Shown one piece after another: positions 25,018 to 31,586 of a DNA stretch of 31,586 nucleotides (positions are counted from its first letter, which is position 1; each line of letters starts with the position of its first letter). The stretch is from a virus (lineage: Duplodnaviria; Caudoviricetes), in IMG/VR virus record IMGVR_UViG_3300017747_001100, positions 1 to 31,586 of that record, one strand, 5' to 3'. The notes beneath the pieces were generated by a model. That model saw only the letters and a list, made by a program, of their open reading frames with translations, did not search any database and had not been told where the DNA came from. The translations under genes were made by a program, and so were the position numbers.

Positions 25018-26064
25018 ATGTCACTGTTTGAAGGTTCCGCCCCCGATCCCGTCGAGCTAACAAAGACCTCAAAGGCTGAGGCTCCCGGTTACCTGACCAA
25101 CTACCTTACAAACCTGGCGCAGGCCGGCACAAGCGCATTGGGCACGACCACCCCTGCGGTGACCGATGCTGCGGGCAATGTAACAACTCCGGCAACGTTC
25201 GTCCCTAAGACCGGGGAAGATCTTATTGCTAGTATGCCCAGCTACTATGAAAATTTGATCAGCGGGACGGGTGTTGATACAACCAAGTTGCCTGGTCTGG
25301 CCAGTCTGACCCGATATCAAGATCCGCTCGATCAAGCCCTCACGGCAGGTAAATCCGCTATGGAGGTGGACGCAACGGATATTAGCAAATTCTACGACCC
25401 GTTCAAAGAAGACGTCATCAGTAAAATCGAAGAGCAAGGTCAGCTGAACCTACAACGCAATATCCTGCCCGCGCTCAAAGCGTTGGGCGTGTCGGGTATG
25501 GGCGGTGCGTTGGGCAGCGCCCGCACTGGCGCGATCAGCGGTCAGGCGCTAGCGGATTTTGCCTCAAGACTTGAAGGTGAAAAGCTCTCCGCTCAGCAGG
25601 CTATGTACAAAAACGCGATTGAAGCCGCGCTCAAAGAGCAAGGGCAGCAAACCGGAGCTGCCTCAGCTCTATCAAACTTAGGCGCTCAGGAGCAAACCGC
25701 CGCCACACAGGGTCTGAAGTCGTTAGGTGAGCTTGGGGCTGCAAAACTCGCCTATGATCAGAGCAAGATTGAAGCCCCGCTCAAACGTGCTTTGAACGTA
25801 GCGGAGATCATGCGCGGGTACACTTATCCGACTAGCACGACCGAAACCGCTGAAACTATTCCAACGGTCATGGGTCCTTCGCCTTTGTCTCAGATCGCCG
25901 GTCTTGGCTCACTCGTGGGTGCCGCATTTCCGACGGATCCGAAAACAGGCGCAGTTGGCGGGGCCGGGGGAGCATTGGTTGATTGGATTAAAAAGCAGTT
26001 TCCATCAGGTGATAGTAGTTCGGGCGGTAGTGCTGGCATATATGACGGCGGAACTTGGACATAA
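25018..26064 (+). CDS. Putative DNA ejection/pilot protein
   Basis: Helical Ala/Gln/Gly-rich; FYDPFKEDVI, GALGSAR, C-terminal PSPLSQIAGLG hydrophobic segment; position among internal virion genes. Confidence 0.6.
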   Translation: MSLFEGSAPDPVELTKTSKAEAPGYLTNYLTNLAQAGTSALGTTTPAVTDAAGNVTTPATFVPKTGEDLIASMPSYYENLISGTGVDTTKLPGLASLTRYQDPLDQALTAGKSAMEVDATDISKFYDPFKEDVISKIEEQGQLNLQRNILPALKALGVSGMGGALGSARTGAISGQALADFASRLEGEKLSAQQAMYKNAIEAALKEQGQQTGAASALSNLGAQEQTAATQGLKSLGELGAAKLAYDQSKIEAPLKRALNVAEIMRGYTYPTSTTETAETIPTVMGPSPLSQIAGLGSLVGAAFPTDPKTGAVGGAGGALVDWIKKQFPSGDSSSGGSAGIYDGGTWT

Positions 26065-26067
26065 ACC

Positions 26068-27699
26068 ATGACTACATCAAAAGGCGCATTGACCCCATCG
26101 CTTTACGCCGAAACCCCGGCTGAGCAGAAAAGCCTTCAAGAGTACCTCAAAATTCAAGAGGAGCTTGAGGCTGCCCTAACGAACCGGCAACGGCTTTTTG
26201 ACCCGGTGCTGCTCGCGATGGCGCAGGGGTTTTTAGCCCCTACAAAGACCGGAAAGTTTGGCGAATCGATCGGTAACGTAGCGGCGGCAGTCGGCCCCGT
26301 TCAGGAGGCCGAGGAAAAGCGCCGTCTTGAAAATATCGCTATGCGCCGCGACCTGGCCGCCGCAAAGCTCGGCGCTCAGCAGTCCGCCCGCGATGAGGAG
26401 ATGATGCGCGGGTTGCTCAAGCCCCCAGGGGCCGCTCCGGCTGCCGGTCAAGCGCCCGCCGCCCCGCCGGCTGCTTCAGAGCCCGCTCAAGCTCCCGCAA
26501 CTGCCGAGGCCGCACCAATGCCCCAAGTAGGCGCACCGTTAGCGCCTCGTCCTGCTGAAGCAGCCGTAGCGCCAGCTCAGACAACCCCCGCCGCGACGGA
26601 AGGCGCGACGATTGATCGTTTTACACCTGATCAGCTGAGCGCGATGGCTATCAGCAACAACCCGCGTGTTCAGGCGCTGGGTAAGGCTATCCTGAGCATA
26701 CGTGAAGACCAGCGTAAAAATATCACAGTCGTAGGTGGAAACCTAGTTGACACGCGCAACAATCGCGTTCTGTTTAGAGCGCCCGAGAAAGAAGAACAGT
26801 TCACGTTCCCAGGTATTGAAGGTTCGTTCCCTATGACGCCTTCTCAAGCTGAAAGCATTCGCAAAGAAATCGGAGGTATACCTGCCGGTTCAGCGCGAGA
26901 CGCCCGGCTGCGCGAACTTTTGAAAGGTGTTCCGAGCAGGGAAGATATCGAAGCACGCGGAGAGCTGCTCAAAGGCCGCGCTAAAAGCGCTTCTGCCGAA
27001 GAAGAAACTATCATGAAGGCAGGTAGTCTGTCAAATCAACTGCGAGCTTCAGCTGAGACATTGCTTGACTTATCAACTAATCCAAGGACTAAAGGCGGGT
27101 TCGGCGTCATCGCTGATCAGGGTATTTTGAATGCTATTGCTGGCGCGGTTCAAACCGGGCTCACAACCCCTGGCGGCTCAATAGGGTTCGGCGGTATTGA
27201 TGAAGCCGTAGCAAAACTCAAAGGCACCCCGGAGCAGATCGCCGCCCGAAGGCTCGCCGCCCGTGAGCAGGCAATGCTTGAGTTGAATTACCGCAGGGCA
27301 TACTTGGAAGGACAAGGCTCAGTTTCAAACATGGAGGGCGAAGTCACGCGCCTGCTCGGGCCTTCAGTTAGCGACACCCCGGAGGCCGCCGCAGCAAAAG
27401 CCCGACTCATCATCGCCCGAGCCGAGTTCGACAAGACCGTTCGGTCGGAGTGGATCAACGCTCGTAAACGTGGCGAGTCAGTGTACGAATTCAAAGAATC
27501 TGACGCTTACAAGAACGCGCTCAAAGAGCTTGATGACAAAGCTAAAGTCATCCGTGATGACCTGATTGCGCAGGCTGCTCGCAAGCCGGGCGGCAGCGCG
27601 GCGAGCCAAGCCCCGGCGCAGAGACCCGCCGAAAGGAAAATGCCCGACGGCAGCACGTGGGTTCTTCAACCTGACGGTTCGTATAAAGCCAAGAAGTAA
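26068..27699 (+). CDS. Putative DNA ejection protein
   Basis: Helical, with LLAMAQGFLAPTKTGKFGESIG, a Pro/Ala linker, GQGSVSNME motif and a short C-terminal hairpin motif (MPDGSTWVLQPDG). Confidence 0.6.
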   Translation: MTTSKGALTPSLYAETPAEQKSLQEYLKIQEELEAALTNRQRLFDPVLLAMAQGFLAPTKTGKFGESIGNVAAAVGPVQEAEEKRRLENIAMRRDLAAAKLGAQQSARDEEMMRGLLKPPGAAPAAGQAPAAPPAASEPAQAPATAEAAPMPQVGAPLAPRPAEAAVAPAQTTPAATEGATIDRFTPDQLSAMAISNNPRVQALGKAILSIREDQRKNITVVGGNLVDTRNNRVLFRAPEKEEQFTFPGIEGSFPMTPSQAESIRKEIGGIPAGSARDARLRELLKGVPSREDIEARGELLKGRAKSASAEEETIMKAGSLSNQLRASAETLLDLSTNPRTKGGFGVIADQGILNAIAGAVQTGLTTPGGSIGFGGIDEAVAKLKGTPEQIAARRLAAREQAMLELNYRRAYLEGQGSVSNMEGEVTRLLGPSVSDTPEAAAAKARLIIARAEFDKTVRSEWINARKRGESVYEFKESDAYKNALKELDDKAKVIRDDLIAQAARKPGGSAASQAPAQRPAERKMPDGSTWVLQPDGSYKAKK

Positions 27700-27711
27700 G
27701 GAGCCACCCCC

Positions 27712-29058
27712 ATGAGCACGTTGGCCGAGTACAACAACAATCCCGGTAACCTCAGACCGCCCAAAGGCGTAAAGTACGACGGGCAGATTGGGGTTGATGA
27801 AAAAGGGTTCGCTATTTTTGAAAACGCCGAGTACGGTCGACGGGCGCTGCTGAATGATATAAACATCAAGCTGAAACGCGGACTGAACACGCCGGACAAG
27901 TTTCTTGAGGTTTACGCCCCCCGAGGTGAAGAGAACCCTGACGAGGCCCGTGACAACTACCGCATACTGCTAGCCCAGTCGTTGGGGTTAGAAAGCACAA
28001 GCACCCCGTTCCCTAAAGACTCAGCTGAACGCATCGCCGACGCTATCACGAAGTTTGAAGGCGGCACGTGGGGTAAGCCCCCGGCTAAAAGCGCTGAGGG
28101 GGTCGGGCAGGGGAGCGACGAAACCAAAGAACCTTCACTCAAAGAGAAGGCCGGAAAACTGTTTGAAGATGCAAAAGGCGTAGCCGCGCAGGCGGCTGAA
28201 GAATACCCGGAGGCCGTTCGTGCCGGCATTGACGTGGGCGGCGCATTAGCCGGGCGCAAGCTCAGCGTCCTGGGTGAGGGGTTGCGTCGTGAGTACGAAG
28301 CGCAATCCGCAAGAACCCCGCCCGCTCAACCTAGGGCCGCCGCATCTTCCGCAGCCCCCGCTGGGCAACCACCGCCGCCGATCCCTACCGACCCCATGCA
28401 CACTCGGCAGCTGCAAGGCACCACTGACCAGGGTGCAACTGGTCGGGCTCGCCAGACCACTTACAACGAAGCCACCGCTCGGCAGGCCGCCGCAGCTGAT
28501 GAACAAGCTCGGGTTATTGAAGAGTTAAGAAGGCGAGGCGTAGTCTCAGGTGATTCGCGCTCGGTTGTTTCACGGATGCCCGGCATGACGTCAACGCCAT
28601 CAGGGGTCATGCTACCCAGCGGGCAAGTTTACGCCGACATACCGCCCACTCAGGGCACTTCCGCACCCCCGCCTCAACCCCAGCCCAGAGCGCCGCTCTC
28701 AGCACGTGCTTCTAGGGCTATGAATGTTGGCGCACGAGTTATGCCCGGAGCTTTTGGGCTACTAGGCGGTTTGGGCGCTGCCGAGCTGGGTCAGGAAGCC
28801 TACGGCCGGGCTCAAGAAGGTGATATTCCTGGTGCGTTAATAGCTGGTGCAGGTGCGGCGGGGTCGTTGGCTTCCGCCCTGCCTTTTCCGCAGACCCGCG
28901 TCGGAGGTCCCGCGATAGCTGCAGCCTCCCCACTGACACTCTACCTGTATGATAAAGCTAAAGAACGCGCCGTCAGTCAGGCTCAAGGTTACGGCGCTCT
29001 AGCCGCCGGTAGGCAACTACCCGCCCCGTCAATCTATCAAGGTTACTTCGGACCTTGA
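27712..29058 (+). CDS. Putative ejection protein with N-terminal NNPGN lysozyme-like domain
   Basis: NNNPGNLR..FAIFEN.EYGRRA..YAP..EN..AITKFEGG, then a Pro-rich linker and C-terminal Gly/Ala hydrophobic helices; AAGGAG RBS. Confidence 0.6.
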   Translation: MSTLAEYNNNPGNLRPPKGVKYDGQIGVDEKGFAIFENAEYGRRALLNDINIKLKRGLNTPDKFLEVYAPRGEENPDEARDNYRILLAQSLGLESTSTPFPKDSAERIADAITKFEGGTWGKPPAKSAEGVGQGSDETKEPSLKEKAGKLFEDAKGVAAQAAEEYPEAVRAGIDVGGALAGRKLSVLGEGLRREYEAQSARTPPAQPRAAASSAAPAGQPPPPIPTDPMHTRQLQGTTDQGATGRARQTTYNEATARQAAAADEQARVIEELRRRGVVSGDSRSVVSRMPGMTSTPSGVMLPSGQVYADIPPTQGTSAPPPQPQPRAPLSARASRAMNVGARVMPGAFGLLGGLGAAELGQEAYGRAQEGDIPGALIAGAGAAGSLASALPFPQTRVGGPAIAAASPLTLYLYDKAKERAVSQAQGYGALAAGRQLPAPSIYQGYFGP

Positions 29059-29116
29059 GGTTACCGTTGTTTTGCTGTGTCTCCTCTGGTGCTGCTTTTA
29101 CGACGATGAGCAGCTT

Positions 29117-29150
29117 AGACCCTCGGCCCTAAAGGCTGAGGGTCTTTTTT
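29117..29150 (+). terminator. Rho-independent terminator of the structural operon
   Basis: AGACCCTCGGCC-CTAAA-GGCTGAGGGTCT 12-bp stem followed by a T-run, between convergent operons. Confidence 0.85.
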
Positions 29151-29627
29151 CTACTTGTACTGCTTTTCGTAAAGCCACCGCGCCATGAGGAGTGCTTCGG
29201 CCCGGTCGGCGTACTTTTTCAAATGTAGCGGCGCGTCCGGAAAAAGCCTAATCGCCAGCGCTCGGCACTGCTCCTTGTCAGAGCTCAGGCCGAAGTGCCT
29301 TTTCCAAGTCGCCGGGGTAACGTAAGTCAACTCAAACCGACTAGCCGCCACCACGGCCCGAGCCACTCCGAATGAGTCCCCAAGGCTAAAAACTGAACTC
29401 ACCCCCTGCCCAGGCATCGCGTTAACACGCTCGAGAGCCACGGCCACCGGGATGTCCGGCTTGGAGTACCACCTGAGCATGCCGAAAAGCCCCGCAGCGT
29501 CCGCCTCGCTCTTGACGCTACCCGAACCCTTAGCGACGGTGGGCATGTCCTCTACGGCCTGATAGAGACCGTTGCTGAGCACCCCCACTGCACCGCTCAG
29601 GCCGGGGTCAATACCGATAGTGATCAT
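29151..29627 (-). CDS. ruvC: RuvC-like Holliday junction resolvase
   Basis: IGIDPG, ALERV, FSLG, PATWK, DRAEALL. ATG at 29627 gives an ATGA overlap with the upstream nuclease stop. Confidence 0.85.
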   Translation of the reverse strand: MITIGIDPGLSGAVGVLSNGLYQAVEDMPTVAKGSGSVKSEADAAGLFGMLRWYSKPDIPVAVALERVNAMPGQGVSSVFSLGDSFGVARAVVAASRFELTYVTPATWKRHFGLSSDKEQCRALAIRLFPDAPLHLKKYADRAEALLMARWLYEKQYK

Positions 29628-30460
29628 AGCGCCTCGTAGTGTTCGCACCCTTTGCGCTGCTCGTCAAGCGTCAAAGTGTGATTGTTCAGTTCGCAAACCC
29701 ACTTTCCTTCCGGCCCCGGCGCACACATGCGGCATGTGCGGCAGTGTTGAAGGGGCGGGGTCTCTTTGACGCACACCGCTTTCATGCTACAGAACTTACA
29801 GCCGAAACTGCTCCCGTCATCGCTGATGCCCGCCGGACGTAGCCGGGCCTCGGTGAGTTTGATGATTTTCTGTTGAAGTTTGGCTTGCTCGGCGGGCTCT
29901 TCGCGGATGCGCTCAACGTACAACGTCTCATCGTCTTTGCACACCGCGACGTACAACCCTCGAGTAAACCCGCCCAACGCCATACTGATCTGCATCTGAG
30001 CGTAGTGCGAAGGCTTAGCGCCCTGAACACCCTTTTTCAACAGCGAGCTGAAGCTATTTTTGTTGTGCGTTTTGATTTCGAGCAGGTGCGGCTTGTCGCT
30101 CTCGGGCACGTCCTTTATCACCCCATCAACCTTGGTGATAAAGTGGCCGGTGGGGTCCGTGAACTCGTACTGACGACCGTCCGGTTGTTTATCCCAGACG
30201 GCGAACCCCGCACGGCGCAGGTCAGCGACTATACGCGCCTCCTGCTGGTGCCCGGTCTCAAACAGGCGCAGCATGCGTCCGTCAAAAGCCTCGCGGGCGA
30301 AACCTCGCCAGTTCAGCCACACTTGACGCACGCACTCCTCGCCTATCGAAGACGAGCCAAGCCGCCCGAGATACAGATCGGGGTCTGCTTTCTCTTTCTG
30401 AATCGCAGCGTACACCCGGTCAATGATCTGCTGCTCAGGTTTGGGCGGAATGGCTACCAT
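29624..30460 (-). CDS. PD-(D/E)XK exonuclease, Cas4/AddB-like with Cys clusters
   Basis: LGSSSIGEEC, FETGH, DGVI..LLEIKT, YAQMQ, CKFC..C and an extra CRTC..C..C. The start is ATG 30460 or TTG 30469. Confidence 0.8.
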   Translation of the reverse strand: MVAIPPKPEQQIIDRVYAAIQKEKADPDLYLGRLGSSSIGEECVRQVWLNWRGFAREAFDGRMLRLFETGHQQEARIVADLRRAGFAVWDKQPDGRQYEFTDPTGHFITKVDGVIKDVPESDKPHLLEIKTHNKNSFSSLLKKGVQGAKPSHYAQMQISMALGGFTRGLYVAVCKDDETLYVERIREEPAEQAKLQQKIIKLTEARLRPAGISDDGSSFGCKFCSMKAVCVKETPPLQHCRTCRMCAPGPEGKWVCELNNHTLTLDEQRKGCEHYEAL

Positions 30461-30465
30461 GGTTG

Positions 30466-30969
30466 TCAATCCCAGGGGTTTGAAGAACTGCTAGCGGCAG
30501 CAGGCTTTTGAACGGCACGGGCCGGCGGAGGAGATTTTGCCACGGGGGCTGCGGGAGCCGCCGAGCCGGCCTGCTCGAACAAGAACGCTTTGATCTTGTT
30601 GCTCGCCTTGTAGCCGTTGCTGGCCGGCTCAATCGCGACCGCTGCGCGGAAAGGTTTCTCGAGCAGCTTGTCGGTGTCGTCGGCTTCGGGCCTGCCGCAT
30701 GCGGTGGCCCAAGCCACAAGCTGCTGACGGCCGATACGCTGCGCCTTTTCGCTAGGGTTGTTGATGTTGAAGTTTTGCCACAATAACCGACCAGCGTGCT
30801 CGCCCTTGACGACTTCAAATTTCGCCTTGATGTAAGAACCGTCGCCCCGGCTGGTTTCTTTCTCCTCGGCCTCGAGAGCCTTCAAAACATACTCGCCCTC
30901 GGGGATGGGGTCGTACTCGGCGGGGGCCGTAACGTCAACATCAGCAGCGTTGAATCCAAATTTAGCCAT
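30466..30969 (-). CDS. DUF669-type ssDNA-binding protein
   Basis: YDPIPEGEY, FEVVKGEHAGR, disordered Pro/Ala tail ending NPWD; AAGGAG RBS; adjacent to the Sak4-like gene. Confidence 0.75.
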   Translation of the reverse strand: MAKFGFNAADVDVTAPAEYDPIPEGEYVLKALEAEEKETSRGDGSYIKAKFEVVKGEHAGRLLWQNFNINNPSEKAQRIGRQQLVAWATACGRPEADDTDKLLEKPFRAAVAIEPASNGYKASNKIKAFLFEQAGSAAPAAPVAKSPPPARAVQKPAAASSSSNPWD

Positions 30970-30989
30970 GATTATTTCTCCTTTGAAAG

Positions 30990-31586
30990 TTATTTGGCTA
31001 TGGGGATGAGTTTTTCTACGTTCGCTATGGTCATCTCGATTTCATCGGGACAGTTATAACGATTCTTTGCGGCGTAGGCGGGGTTCTCAATAAAGTGCAG
31101 CAGTCGCTCGCCGGTGGTTACGCCTCGGGTCTTTTGATTGTTGAACCCGGTGTCTGATTTGCGGATGATGACTTTGAACGCCGCGAACGCAATCACATCC
31201 GCCCACTCCTGAAGCAGCGCGTTGCATCGGTTGGGTAGCTTGGGCTGGTAGCGATCATACGGCTCGGTGCGGGGGTCTTCAAACTTCACCACCGCCGCGT
31301 GCGCAATCAACACCACGTTCATACCGCGTTTCAGGCGCAGCACGTCCAACCCTTGCAGGATCTCGCGAAACTCCTCCGCCACTAGCATTTGACCCTTGCC
31401 GTAGGCGAGGTCTTTGGCGTCGTGCGAGGCCTCAACATTGCTCACAATGAGCGGCTCAATCAGCCAGTCAACCGAGTCAACCACCACGGTCTTGAACTGA
31501 TGATCTTCTTTGATCAGCGTCTTGATACTTTCAACCACGTCGTTGATATGCGCCGCACGAGGGAAACTCGTCACGTCGAGCGAATC
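30990..31586 (-). CDS. Sak4-like AAA (AAA_24) ATPase/recombinase, 5' truncated
   Basis: The frame is open to the window end (DSLDVTSFP). Walker B VVVDSVDW, YGKG, LIAH and AKNR; Walker A is expected outside the window. Confidence 0.8.
   Translation of the reverse strand, partial: DSLDVTSFPRAAHINDVVESIKTLIKEDHQFKTVVVDSVDWLIEPLIVSNVEASHDAKDLAYGKGQMLVAEEFREILQGLDVLRLKRGMNVVLIAHAAVVKFEDPRTEPYDRYQPKLPNRCNALLQEWADVIAFAAFKVIIRKSDTGFNNQKTRGVTTGERLLHFIENPAYAAKNRYNCPDEIEMTIANVEKLIPIAK

Noticed and set aside
29624-30460. Cas4-like gene as evidence of CRISPR-Cas
   Set aside because: No repeat-spacer array or other cas genes seen; the context is phage recombination.
29873-30511. 212-aa + strand ORF
   Set aside because: Antisense shadow of the nuclease gene, downstream of the terminator.
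1-31586. Stop-codon reassignment, tRNA genes or programmed frameshift at the capsid end
   Set aside because: Genes tile cleanly under the standard code using TAA, TGA and TAG; no intergenic room or cloverleaf noticed; no slippery site evident at the capsid stop.

Overview
This window is a 31.6-kb piece of a tailed dsDNA phage genome (Caudoviricetes). The gene set is podovirus-like: no tape measure, tube or sheath is recognisable, but there is a tail-nozzle-like gene followed by large internal/ejection proteins. The + strand (1-29058) is one tightly packed morphogenesis operon. It runs: portal (5' truncated), two small ORFs, a GroES-like co-chaperonin, scaffold, conserved head genes, major capsid protein, decoration-type proteins and small Lys/Gly-rich proteins. 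It continues with an adaptor-like protein, a free-standing HNH/NUMOD3 homing endonuclease, several fibre proteins (one with an S74 autochaperone), an embedded lysis cassette, a second adaptor, a fibre-docking protein, a nozzle and four putative ejection proteins. A strong terminator separates this from a convergent - strand recombination module (Sak4-like ATPase [truncated], DUF669/SSB-like, Cas4-like PD-(D/E)XK exonuclease, RuvC). The top hunt candidate is a recurrent [YFLM]-x-x-G-G motif. It occurs about 10 times in one basic protein and at module boundaries of two other proteins, including just before a tape-measure-like 'GPGDGxSD...GEFV' domain, and may be a shared processing or capsid-targeting signal. 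Other candidates are a modular peptide-docking scheme for fibres, an identical U-less hairpin used twice, and a Thr-rich beta-repeat region in the 1717-aa protein. All family calls come from visual motif recognition and gene order; no database search was run.
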